Shown piece after piece: positions 1 through 8,869 of a stretch of DNA of 64,000 nucleotides (positions are counted from its first letter, which is position 1; every line of letters starts with the position of its first letter). The DNA comes from Chitinophaga pinensis (GTDB lineage Bacteria; Bacteroidota; Bacteroidia; Bacteroidales; GCA-2748055). The notes under the pieces were generated by a model. That model was not told the origin of the DNA, ran no database searches, and was given only the letters and a program-made list of their open reading frames with translations. The translations under genes were made by a program, and so were the position numbers. The stretch spans positions 6,655 to 70,654 of the forward strand of contig CAMAZH010000005.1 of NCBI GenBank assembly GCA_945863035.1, given 5' to 3'.

Positions 1-1561
1 TCAGGACTTCACTTGCAATAAAATAGGGATTATCGTACCATTCGTTATTAAACCAGTTCTGTGTCTCATCCTTCAAAAGCCAGTAATTGGAATAGTCTCT
101 CACATCCCATTCCGTTCCGAGCCATCCGATAAGGTTATACAAAAAACCGCCGGAATATTGGTTTCCATGAACATTTGGGGACACTTGTTTGGAGTAGGTA
201 ATTTTTGATTCCAGAACCAGCTTGTTCACCTCAATATCGCCGCCGAGGGAGTAACTGATTTTATCGTATTTCTGATTTGGGAATTGTCCCTTGTTGTGCA
301 CGTGCGAAACAGAGGATCTAAGACTGCCATGTTCGCTCTGATTAAGTATGCTGATATTGTTGTTGGTAATAAGTCCCAATTCCCTGAAGTTCCTCAGGTT
401 ATTTCTCCCTTTTGAAACAAGTGGGGTATTTTCTTTCCAGATCATTTCAACAGGGTCCCAGAGTGTAGCTGAACGGCCTATGTCGAGTTTGTCTCCCCAC
501 ACGTAATCGTTACCATATTTCCCGTTAAAGCCGGAGGAATAAGAGGTTTGGATTTCGGGGCTGGTAACGAAACCTAGATTCAGCATAGTTGAGGAATTAA
601 CTGAAACCGAAAGCCCATTCTCACGCTCCCCTCCCCGGGTTGTGATCATTATGGCTCCGTTTGCTCCCCTGTATCCATAGAGCGCCGAGGCAGAAGCACC
701 TTTCAGGACGTCTATACTTTTGATGTCGTCGGGAGAAATATCATTTATTGTAATGTTAATCGAAGGCAATCCATCCAAAACGATAAGTGGATTCTCGCCT
801 CTGAGATTAATAATGGGCTTTGTGCCAAAGTTGCTGCTGTTTCTGACCAACAACCCGGATATCTTTCCGGTTAATGAGGTAGTGGGATCCACCACTTTTA
901 CAGTTTGAATCGATTCGCCATATATTTTCTGAACCGAATAGCCCAAGGCCTTCTCTTTTCTTTTTATCCCAAGGGCGGTAACAACAACGCTCTCCAGCTG
1001 CGTTGCCAGTTCGTGCATTTCAACATTGAGGGAGGATCTGTGCCCGGCTGAAAGCTCAAGGGGTTCGTAGCCCAGGTATGAGAACACAAGGATATCATCA
1101 GGGGACGGCACTTCGATCGAGTAAAGCCCTTCGTTTGTTGAGACAGCTCCCACAGAACTGCCTTTTACCTGTATTGTTAACCCAGCCAGAGGTAATCGGG
1201 TTAACTCATCAATCACCCTTCCCGAGATTTTTTTTGGCTTTCCGGAGTCGGATTCGTTTTTGGCAGGACTCAGGATAATCTGATGGTTCACTGTAATGCA
1301 ATTCACCTTTACCTCCCTGAACAAACTGTCGAGGATATCAATTATAGCAGTATTAACAAATACTGCATCGACTTTTCTGTTTACATCCACAAATTCTTCG
1401 TTTAGGATGAAGGTATACTCACTCTTTTTTTCAATCTCGTTCAAAACATCATTTAAGGGAACATCCGAAAGGTTCAGGCTGATCCGGTCAGACTGTGCAT
1501 TTAGGCCAACCGGAATAACAATCAATCCCAGAAAGAAATAAAAAAGAAAAGACAATTTCAT
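1..1561 (-). CDS. SusC/RagA-type TonB-dependent outer-membrane receptor with N-terminal STN-like signalling domain (5' part only; runs off the window start)
   Basis: Absent from the ORF track because it has no stop in the window. My reverse-strand translation from ATG ~1561 gives MKLSFLFYFFLGLIVIPVGLNAQSDRISLNLSDVPLNDVLNEIEKKSEYTFILNEEF (signal peptide + STN-like domain). It continues ISGRVIDELTRLPLAGLTIQVKGSSVGAVSTNEGLYSIEVP (carboxypeptidase-regulatory-like). Around 640-730 it reads DDIKSIDVLKGASASALYGYRGANGAIMIT, a classic TonB-receptor plug motif. It lies directly downstream of the ECF sigma and FecR genes. Confidence 0.85.
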   Translation of the reverse strand, partial: MKLSFLFYFFLGLIVIPVGLNAQSDRISLNLSDVPLNDVLNEIEKKSEYTFILNEEFVDVNRKVDAVFVNTAIIDILDSLFREVKVNCITVNHQIILSPAKNESDSGKPKKISGRVIDELTRLPLAGLTIQVKGSSVGAVSTNEGLYSIEVPSPDDILVFSYLGYEPLELSAGHRSSLNVEMHELATQLESVVVTALGIKRKEKALGYSVQKIYGESIQTVKVVDPTTSLTGKISGLLVRNSSNFGTKPIINLRGENPLIVLDGLPSINITINDISPDDIKSIDVLKGASASALYGYRGANGAIMITTRGGERENGLSVSVNSSTMLNLGFVTSPEIQTSYSSGFNGKYGNDYVWGDKLDIGRSATLWDPVEMIWKENTPLVSKGRNNLRNFRELGLITNNNISILNQSEHGSLRSSVSHVHNKGQFPNQKYDKISYSLGGDIEVNKLVLESKITYSKQVSPNVHGNQYSGGFLYNLIGWLGTEWDVRDYSNYWLLKDETQNWFNNEWYDNPYFIASEVL

Positions 1562-1647
1562 TTTTAACATATTTGAGCCTAAATCTTCACCAATAATTAT
1601 AAATTCTTATGATCTCTACCCTTTTGAATTTGAGTTTGGTATTCGTA

Positions 1648-2688
1648 TCAGACCTCGCTTGAAAAAATTATAATTTTTCTTCTTGAAAATGTACTGTCGG
1701 GCAATAGCTCCGGGTAAACCTCCCGATAGTCTATTGGTGATGACATTTTCAATAATCTTAATAATTCATTCAAGGGTTCGTTCTCAAAAGTTGCTCTGAA
1801 TCGGTAACTCTTAATCTTATCCCCCTGTATTTCAATGTCAACATTATACTGAAGACTAATTTTTCTCGCAACTTCGGTGATTAAATCATTGCGGAAGACG
1901 AGTTTCCCGTCCTTCCATGCGATATGTTTGTATATATCTTCAGTTTGGATAGTGGAATTTCCGCTTTGAGCATTGAAGGTTAAATGTTGGTTAGGAAGCA
2001 AAATCGAGACAGCACCTTTTTTCCCGGCCGGGTTTAAGTTTAGCACGGCAACTTTGCCTTCGGCAAGCGTTACGCTGGATATCGCGGAATTCTGATACGC
2101 CATTACATTGAATCGGGTACCGGTTGCTTTAACAGAAAACCCGGAAGTGTTTACCACAAAAGGGCTGTCCGGGTCGGAATGCACTTCGAAATAGGCTTCT
2201 CCTGTAAGGTAAACACTTCTTTCATTTATGCTGAATTTATCTGGGTACTTCAAACTGCTACCTGCGTTTAGCCAGACTTTGGAGCCGTCGGGCAATACCA
2301 TTGTGGAAATTGAGCCGAAAGCTGCCTCCACTTGCTTGTAGACAAAGTCCGAACCGTTGGTTTTTTTTCCTTTTTCGATTGAGACGTATAACACTGAAAT
2401 AAGCAAAGGTATAAAGAGGATGGCTGCGGCTTTTTGCCAAAAGCCCCAAAATGAGATTCTGCTTTTTTCTGATTCAATGCGCTTCATAACCTTCTCCAAT
2501 GCTTTTTCGGTTGAAACAGGAAAGGCTTCCGAAGCCTCCCAAACCCGCTTCATCTCTTTAAAATATTTCTGGTTATCAATCGATTCAGCAAGCCATGAAG
2601 TAAGTACTGTCATTTCCTCATCAGAGGAATTCCCTCCCAGATAATTTACAATTACCGTATTTATCCCAATATGATCTTTCTTTCCCAT
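1648..2688 (-). CDS. FecR-family anti-sigma factor / transmembrane sensor
   Basis: 346 aa. It has a short cytoplasmic N-terminus, one TM helix (AAAILFIPLLISVLYV) and a periplasmic FecR-like domain (PDGSKVWLNAGSSLKY...GEAYFEV). Its position between an ECF sigma and an STN-bearing receptor is the canonical trans-envelope signalling layout. Confidence 0.85.
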   Translation of the reverse strand: MGKKDHIGINTVIVNYLGGNSSDEEMTVLTSWLAESIDNQKYFKEMKRVWEASEAFPVSTEKALEKVMKRIESEKSRISFWGFWQKAAAILFIPLLISVLYVSIEKGKKTNGSDFVYKQVEAAFGSISTMVLPDGSKVWLNAGSSLKYPDKFSINERSVYLTGEAYFEVHSDPDSPFVVNTSGFSVKATGTRFNVMAYQNSAISSVTLAEGKVAVLNLNPAGKKGAVSILLPNQHLTFNAQSGNSTIQTEDIYKHIAWKDGKLVFRNDLITEVARKISLQYNVDIEIQGDKIKSYRFRATFENEPLNELLRLLKMSSPIDYREVYPELLPDSTFSRRKIIIFSSEV

Positions 2689-2769
2689 AGTTTTATCCTG
2701 ATGTTATAAAGACGGTTCATATCGGATGCCCCACATCCAAAAACCGAACTTTATTAAAAATAGTGTGAG

Positions 2770-2992
2770 CTTTAAGTGCCTAAAGTGCCTAGAGTGCCTA
2801 AAGTGCCTAGAGTGCCTAGAATGCCTAGAGTGCCTAGAGTGCCTAGAGTACTTGGAGTACTTGGAGTACTTTAGTACACCCTAAGTACTTTGCGCACTCC
2901 AGGCACTTAAAAAGTACTTTAGGCACTCCAAGTACTCCAGACACTTAAAAAGTACTTTAGGCACTCTAGACACTCCAAGTACTCTAGGCACT
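2770..2992. repeat. Intergenic array of 9-bp tandem repeats followed by their inverted complements (long imperfect palindrome)
   Basis: About 8 head-to-tail AGTGCCTA(A/G) units come first, then about 3 AGTACTTGG units. Next is ~110 bp built from the reverse complements TAGGCACT and CCAAGTACT, including AAAAAGTACTTTAGGCACTC twice. No ORF. The array fills most of the ~305-nt gap between the sigma stop (2993) and the FecR start (2688). Confidence 0.8.
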
Positions 2993-3586
2993 TTAATTCA
3001 GTAAGTTTTGCAGGATCAGGAAAAACCACAGAACCAGATAATCCTTAAGCTCATCGCGCAAGTATGCCAATGCCTTGCTGATTCGCACCTCAACGGTCCT
3101 GACCGAGACCCCTAGCTTCTTTGCTATTTCATTATGATTCAGGAACTCAAACCGGCTCATTCGAAATACCTCGGCATATTGAACCGGGATATTGCCCAAG
3201 GCTGTATTAAGACTCGATTCCAGTTCAGAATGCAATACAAAATTCTCTGTTTCGTTATCCGACAATACAGGGTTCTCCAGCACTGAGGAGGCATATTTGT
3301 GTTTTATATTCGTGTGTCTGAGCCAATCGATGCTTCGGTTCTGGACCGATTTCAGAAGGTATGACTTGATTGAACTTTGAATGAGCAGGTTGCTGCGGTT
3401 TTCCCATAACTTCACGAAGACATCCTGAACCAATTCTTCAGATGCATCCGGATTTTTTGTGAATCTGAAGGAAAAGCGAACAAAATCGGAATAATAATTT
3501 GTAAAGATTACAGAGAATGCCGACTTGTCGCTTTTTTTGAGCTTCTCAACCAATATCTTCTCATATGAAGCCAGTAGAACAGACAT
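2993..3586 (-). CDS. ECF-type RNA polymerase sigma-70 family factor
   Basis: 197 aa. Region 2 reads ELVQDVFVKLWENRSNL, and the region 4 HTH reads NHNEIAKKLGVSVRTVEVRISKALAYLR. It is upstream of FecR and the SusC-like receptor on the same strand. Confidence 0.9.
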   Translation of the reverse strand: MSVLLASYEKILVEKLKKSDKSAFSVIFTNYYSDFVRFSFRFTKNPDASEELVQDVFVKLWENRSNLLIQSSIKSYLLKSVQNRSIDWLRHTNIKHKYASSVLENPVLSDNETENFVLHSELESSLNTALGNIPVQYAEVFRMSRFEFLNHNEIAKKLGVSVRTVEVRISKALAYLRDELKDYLVLWFFLILQNLLN

Positions 3587-3811
3587 AATTTTTCACAAAG
3601 CCTTTTTGCGAATATATTTCTTTTTTTAATGATAATTGCTACTTTATGTTTTTGGGCATTTCGTATGATTTGTTCTAATTTCATGGGATGCTACGAACAT
3701 AAAAACAAAACGAACCTTTGTTGTGGAAACTTCTCAAATCGAACAAATCATAAAAACCCCTTAACAACTGAAATACTCATTTCGTATATTTGATCCCTCT
3801 AAAAAAATATT

Positions 3812-5932
3812 ATGCAGGAATTTTCAAAACTCATTGCCGCGAAACTGAAACTGGGCGAAAAAGAAGTTTCAAACCTGATCAGCCTCCTTGAACAGGGTGC
3901 AACCATTCCATTCATTAGCCGCTACCGCAAAGAGATGACGGGCAGTATGGATGAGGTACAGGTTGGCGATGTTAAGGATGAGCTTACCCGCTTGAAGGAT
4001 CTCGACAAGAGAAGGGAAGCCATTCTGAAATCCATTGAAGAGCAGGACAAGCTCACACCTGACTTAAAAGCAAGGATTGAGGCCTGTTTGAATATGACGG
4101 ATCTGGAAGATATTTACCTACCCTACAAACCCAAAAAGAAAACCCGCGCCAGCATTGCCCGGGAAAAGGGTCTTGAGCCATTGGCTGCCATCATGATGAA
4201 GCAGAAAGAGATGGATATCCATGGCAAGGCGGCAGGATTCATTACGGATGAGGTTCCTGATGTTGAAGCCGCATTGCAGGGTGCCCGCGACATAATTGCC
4301 GAATGGGTAAGCGAAAATCCGAAAGCCAGAAATATCGTGCGGTTTCATTTCGACAAATCCGCCCTGATCAGCTCAAGGATTGTAAAAGGCAAAGAGGAAG
4401 AAGGGGTTAAGTTCACCGACTACTTTGCATTTTCGGAGCCTCTGAAAAGATGTCCCTCCCATCGCATACTGGCGGTTCTCAGGGGAGTTTCGGAAGGATT
4501 CCTCAAGCTTTCGATCGAACCGGAGGAAGAACCGGCTCTCGAAGCGCTCAATGGAATGTTTTTACAGGGCTATTACGATGTTTCCCAGCAGGTTGAATTG
4601 GCCGTTAAGGATTCTTACAAGCGCTTGCTTGCCCCATCCATCGAAAATGAGTTCAAGGCTTTATACAAGGAGAAAGCGGATATTGAGGCCATCCGGGTCT
4701 TTGCCGAAAACCTTCGCCAACTGATGCTATCCTCTCCCCTGGGACAAAAAGCCGTGATGGGAATCGATCCTGGTTATCGGACGGGTTGCAAAGTTGTGTG
4801 TATGGATAAGCAGGGTAACCTTTTGCATAATGCCACAATTTATCCACATCCCCCGCAGGATGACAAGGGTGGGAGCATGAAAAAAATAGATACACTTGTG
4901 GAACAGTATAAGATTGATGCTATTGCTATCGGGAATGGAACGGCTTCCCGTGAAACAGAGCATTTTATAAAAAAGATTCGTTTTAACCGCGACATTCAGG
5001 TCTTTGTAGTTTCGGAAGCCGGAGCCTCCATCTATTCGGCCTCGAAAGTAGCCCGCGACGAGTTTCCCGATTACGATGTTACTGTGCGCGGGGCTGTTTC
5101 CATTGGGCGCAGGTTAATGGACCCTCTGGCCGAACTCGTGAAAATCGATCCTAAATCGATCGGTGTTGGACAATACCAGCACGATGTTGATCAGGGCAAA
5201 CTTAAAGACAGCCTCGATCAGGTTGTTGAAAGCTGTGTTAATCTCGTGGGAGTGGATGTGAACACGGCCAGCAAACACCTTCTCACCTACGTTTCAGGTT
5301 TGGGTCCGGTTCTGGCTCAGAACATAGTCGACTACCGTAAGGAAAACGGGGCCTTCCGAAGCCGGAAAATGCTGATGAAAGTGCCCCGGATGGGAGAAAA
5401 AGCATTCGAACAGGCTGCCGGGTTTCTCAGAATCAATCAGGCAGAGAATCCCCTGGACAACTCGGCCGTGCACCCCGAAAGTTACCACATTGTTGAACAG
5501 ATGGCCAGGGATGCCGGAAGCAGCGTTTCGGAACTTATTGCCAAACCGGAGCTAAGGAGCAAAATTGAAATCAAAAAATACATCACCGAAAAAGTCGGGA
5601 TCCCGACCCTTAAAGATATCATCGACGAGTTGGCCAAGCCGGGAAGAGACCCACGCTCGAAAATCGAGGTTTTCGAGTTTGCTCCGGACGTTTTTACAAT
5701 CAACGACCTCAAACCCGGAATGGTTCTGCCGGGGATAGTAACCAACATTACAAATTTTGGAGCTTTCGTGGATGTAGGCGTCAAACAGGACGGGCTTGTG
5801 CATATTTCCCAGATCGCCAACCGCTTCGTGAAAGACCCCAACGAAGTCGTGAAACTGCATCAGCACGTTAAGGTTAAGGTTCTTGAAGTTGATGCAGCCC
5901 GCAAAAGGATTCAACTGAGCATGAAAGATTAG
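3812..5932 (+). CDS. tex: Tex-like transcription accessory protein (YqgF/RuvC-like + HhH + S1 domains)
   Basis: 706 aa. The N-terminus reads IPFISRYRKEMTG, the YqgF-like segment GIDPGYRTGCKV, and the C-terminal S1 domain GMVLPGIVTNITNFGAFVDVGVKQDGLVHISQ. Confidence 0.9.
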   Translation: MQEFSKLIAAKLKLGEKEVSNLISLLEQGATIPFISRYRKEMTGSMDEVQVGDVKDELTRLKDLDKRREAILKSIEEQDKLTPDLKARIEACLNMTDLEDIYLPYKPKKKTRASIAREKGLEPLAAIMMKQKEMDIHGKAAGFITDEVPDVEAALQGARDIIAEWVSENPKARNIVRFHFDKSALISSRIVKGKEEEGVKFTDYFAFSEPLKRCPSHRILAVLRGVSEGFLKLSIEPEEEPALEALNGMFLQGYYDVSQQVELAVKDSYKRLLAPSIENEFKALYKEKADIEAIRVFAENLRQLMLSSPLGQKAVMGIDPGYRTGCKVVCMDKQGNLLHNATIYPHPPQDDKGGSMKKIDTLVEQYKIDAIAIGNGTASRETEHFIKKIRFNRDIQVFVVSEAGASIYSASKVARDEFPDYDVTVRGAVSIGRRLMDPLAELVKIDPKSIGVGQYQHDVDQGKLKDSLDQVVESCVNLVGVDVNTASKHLLTYVSGLGPVLAQNIVDYRKENGAFRSRKMLMKVPRMGEKAFEQAAGFLRINQAENPLDNSAVHPESYHIVEQMARDAGSSVSELIAKPELRSKIEIKKYITEKVGIPTLKDIIDELAKPGRDPRSKIEVFEFAPDVFTINDLKPGMVLPGIVTNITNFGAFVDVGVKQDGLVHISQIANRFVKDPNEVVKLHQHVKVKVLEVDAARKRIQLSMKD

Positions 5933-6119
5933 GGAACGGGAGAACCTACCGGTAGTCCGGAAACTTTTCCTGTATCCTTTCCCTAATCCCGACAAATATT
6001 GTCTACATTTGTGCTCGCTAAAAAAAGAGTCACTCAGGTATTGATTTTAAGACACATGATAGAGCACAGGTGAACTTAACACCCGATGCATTGTTCTAGT
6101 TTAACTAAAATTTAACCGG

Positions 6120-7919
6120 ATGGGATCAGAAGAAAAAATAACCACTCTTAACGGACATCTCTATTTTCAGGTTTTTATTTCCGGAGCAAACAAAATTCTG
6201 GAAAACCAAAAATTACTCAATAAAATCAATGTTTTCCCGGTACCCGATGCTGACACGGGAACCAATCTGGCATCCACGCTTCGGGCAGTTATCGATAACG
6301 CCCGTCCCTCAGACTCATACACTCTTACAGCAAATTCTATAGCTGTGGCGGCTTTGAACGGTGCCAGAGGAAATTCGGGTGTTATCTTCGCCCAATTTCT
6401 TTATGGGATGAGTATTGAAGCAGGCGAGGCAAGGCACATCAGCATCGACGATTTCGTCGACAGCATCAAGCGTTCAGTCAGCTATATTTACAGTGCCATT
6501 GCCGATCCGGTTGAAGGCACCATGCTTACTGTTATCAGGGAATGGGCTGATTTTATCTATGCTCAGAAAGGAATAATCGACGATTTCAGAAAACTCTTCA
6601 AATCCTCCTACGAAATTGCTCTCAAATCACTTGCAGAGACAACTCTTAAGTTAAAAGCCCTTGCCCTTGCCAATGTTGTGGATGCCGGAGCCAAAGGCTT
6701 TGTTCTTTTTCTGGAAGGGATTATCGAGGGCTTTCGCAAAACGCTCCTTCACGAGGAAATTATTGCCCGCTACGATGAAATAGATCAGTCTGCCTTAGGA
6801 AATATCAAGCATGAGGAATTCAATTTCCGCTTTTGCACCGAAGCCATGATTCATGGCCAGGATATCGATCACAAGAAAGTTAAATCCCTGATTTCGGGGA
6901 TGGGCGATTCACTTGTGATTGCCGGCTCCGAAAAAATGGTGCGCCTCCACATCCACACCGACCATCCGCACATTCTCTTTGAAAAGCTTCGTGAATTTGG
7001 CAAGATTCATTATCAGAAAGCCGATGATATGAAGAAACAGCAGGAAGCCATGTATTCGCGCAAATGGAAAATTGCCCTGGTTACAGATTCCACCAGCGAT
7101 TTGTCGGCCGAACTCATGGAACAGTATCAGGTTCACATGATTCCCCTGAATGTACATTTCGGCGAGAGTCAGTACCTCGACAAAATTACCCTTCAGCCCG
7201 ATCAGTTTTACGATTTGGTAAATAGGGAGAAGAATTACCCTTCCACAAGCCAGCCGAACGAAACAAGCTTCCTGAATGTATACTCGCATCTTGCAAGTCA
7301 TTACGACTCGGTAATATCGGTTCATGTCTCCGAAAAATTCAGCGGCACCTTTAGAAATGCCCGGAATGCGGCCGAAAGAATAAGCAAAGAGCTTGGCAAA
7401 CCCATTTCGGTTATCGACTCCCAAAACGTTTCCGGCTCCCTTGGCCTTCTTACACTGAGAATTGCCCAGGCTATAGAAAGCGGAATGAAGCATGAGGAGA
7501 TCGTTGCCCAATCGGAAGAATGGAAAAAAAACACCAAGATTTACGTGAGCGTTAAAACCCTCAAGTACATGATTCGCGGGGGCAGGGTTAGCAAAACTAA
7601 AGGATTTGTGGCAGGTCTTTTAAATATTCTTCCCATAATATCTATTAACGAGGAGGGAAAATCGGAGCTTTTCGACAAGGCTTTCAGCCAGAAAAGCAAT
7701 ATGAAAAAGGTGATGAACCATGCCCGGGAGTTCCTTAACGGCCGTAAGGTTCACGATTACATTGTTACGCACGCCGAAGATGAAGAAAATGCTTCCTGGT
7801 TTGTGAGAGAAATGGAGGAGCTAACAGGTTTAAAACCTGTTTCTGTTGTCAGCATCTCTCCTGTTGTGGGCGTAAACGCTGGAAAAGGCACGGTTGCTCT
7901 GGCTGTTATGGCAGAATAA
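6120..7919 (+). CDS. DAK2/DhaL-domain (YloV-like) protein fused to a DegV fatty-acid-binding domain
   Basis: 599 aa. The N-terminal motif [14 protein letters not shown] is YloV/DhaL-like. The C-terminal half starts [12 protein letters not shown], typical of DegV. Confidence 0.8.
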   Translation: MGSEEKITTLNGHLYFQVFISGANKILENQKLLNKINVFPVPDADTGTNLASTLRAVIDNARPSDSYTLTANSIAVAALNGARGNSGVIFAQFLYGMSIEAGEARHISIDDFVDSIKRSVSYIYSAIADPVEGTMLTVIREWADFIYAQKGIIDDFRKLFKSSYEIALKSLAETTLKLKALALANVVDAGAKGFVLFLEGIIEGFRKTLLHEEIIARYDEIDQSALGNIKHEEFNFRFCTEAMIHGQDIDHKKVKSLISGMGDSLVIAGSEKMVRLHIHTDHPHILFEKLREFGKIHYQKADDMKKQQEAMYSRKWKIALVTDSTSDLSAELMEQYQVHMIPLNVHFGESQYLDKITLQPDQFYDLVNREKNYPSTSQPNETSFLNVYSHLASHYDSVISVHVSEKFSGTFRNARNAAERISKELGKPISVIDSQNVSGSLGLLTLRIAQAIESGMKHEEIVAQSEEWKKNTKIYVSVKTLKYMIRGGRVSKTKGFVAGLLNILPIISINEEGKSELFDKAFSQKSNMKKVMNHAREFLNGRKVHDYIVTHAEDEENASWFVREMEELTGLKPVSVVSISPVVGVNAGKGTVALAVMAE

Positions 7920-7930
7920 TTCAAGTATCA

Positions 7931-8707
7931 ATGATTCAAATATTTTCTATTGCCGCCATTACCATTTTCTCCTATATGGTAATTGTTTATCTCATTGCCC
8001 AGTACCTAAACGACAACTCGATTGTTGATACAGCTTGGGGAATGGGATTCGTGATAACTACCCTGGTATTGATTTTCAGCTCGGAAACAATTCTCCCGCC
8101 AATGCTCATCATGAGCCTTCTTGTGCTTTTGTGGGGCATACGTCTGAGCTTTTACATCTACATGCGCAACCTTGGCAAACCCGAGGATTTCAGATATGCC
8201 AACTGGAGGAAGGAATGGGGAAAAGGTCAGCCCTGGAAAGCGTTTTACAAAGTTTTTATGCTGCAGGGGGCAATCATGTGGATTGTTGCTCTCCCGATTC
8301 AGCTGGTTTTTACAGGACAATCAGGCTCGGTGGGGATTGTTGGAATCATTGGTGTTTTCGTGTTTCTTTTCGGTTTGCTTTTCGAGGGAATTGCCGATAA
8401 GCAGATGAAGGTATTCAAATCCCAGCCGGCCAACAAAGGCAAGATCATCACCACGGGTCTGTGGAAATATAGCCGACATCCGAATTATTTCGGCGAAGCC
8501 CTTTTGTGGTGGGGGATTGGGCTTTTTTCGTTTTCGGTATCGGGATTTTGGTACAGCTTTATTGGCCCGCTTGTTATAACCCTGTTGCTTCGATATGTGT
8601 CAGGCGTACCCATGCTGGAAGAAAAATACAAGGATCGCAAGGATTTCCAAGTGTATGCTTCCAAGACTTCAATTTTCTTTCCTTTTCCTTGTAAGAAAAG
8701 AGACTAA
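7931..8707 (+). CDS. DUF1295 / steroid-5-alpha-reductase-like polytopic membrane protein
   Basis: 258 aa with multiple TM helices. The conserved C-terminal motif is [20 protein letters not shown]. Confidence 0.7.
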   Translation: MIQIFSIAAITIFSYMVIVYLIAQYLNDNSIVDTAWGMGFVITTLVLIFSSETILPPMLIMSLLVLLWGIRLSFYIYMRNLGKPEDFRYANWRKEWGKGQPWKAFYKVFMLQGAIMWIVALPIQLVFTGQSGSVGIVGIIGVFVFLFGLLFEGIADKQMKVFKSQPANKGKIITTGLWKYSRHPNYFGEALLWWGIGLFSFSVSGFWYSFIGPLVITLLLRYVSGVPMLEEKYKDRKDFQVYASKTSIFFPFPCKKRD

Positions 8708-8869
8708 CGGGCAAGACACTATTCTAAATGGACAAATTAGTTTCGAAAAATCAGAAATCCTGACCTATCCGGCTTTTTGAAACAAAAATTCCTTACGTTT
8801 GTTATTCCGTGTATATTTCATAAACAGTCTTGTGTATTTGAATCCTTTCACCTAGATAAATCGACTCCC

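Noticed and set aside
2770-2992. Whether the 9-bp repeat array could be a CRISPR array.
   Set aside because: The units are only 9 bp and directly abutting, with no unique spacers. The second half is the inverted complement of the first. No cas genes are in the window.
8777-8869. N-terminal extensions of several track ORFs. These are 8777-8869, 11791-11889, 14270-14332, 24735-24758, 26597-26674, 49108-49161, 49582-49629, 52015-52158, 59852-59875, 62054-62101 and 63117-63137.
   Set aside because: The extensions start at non-ATG codons or upstream ATGs and encode odd hydrophobic or Cys-rich leaders. They often overlap the neighbouring gene. Internal ATGs give canonical signal peptides, lipoboxes or conserved N-termini and remove the overlaps.
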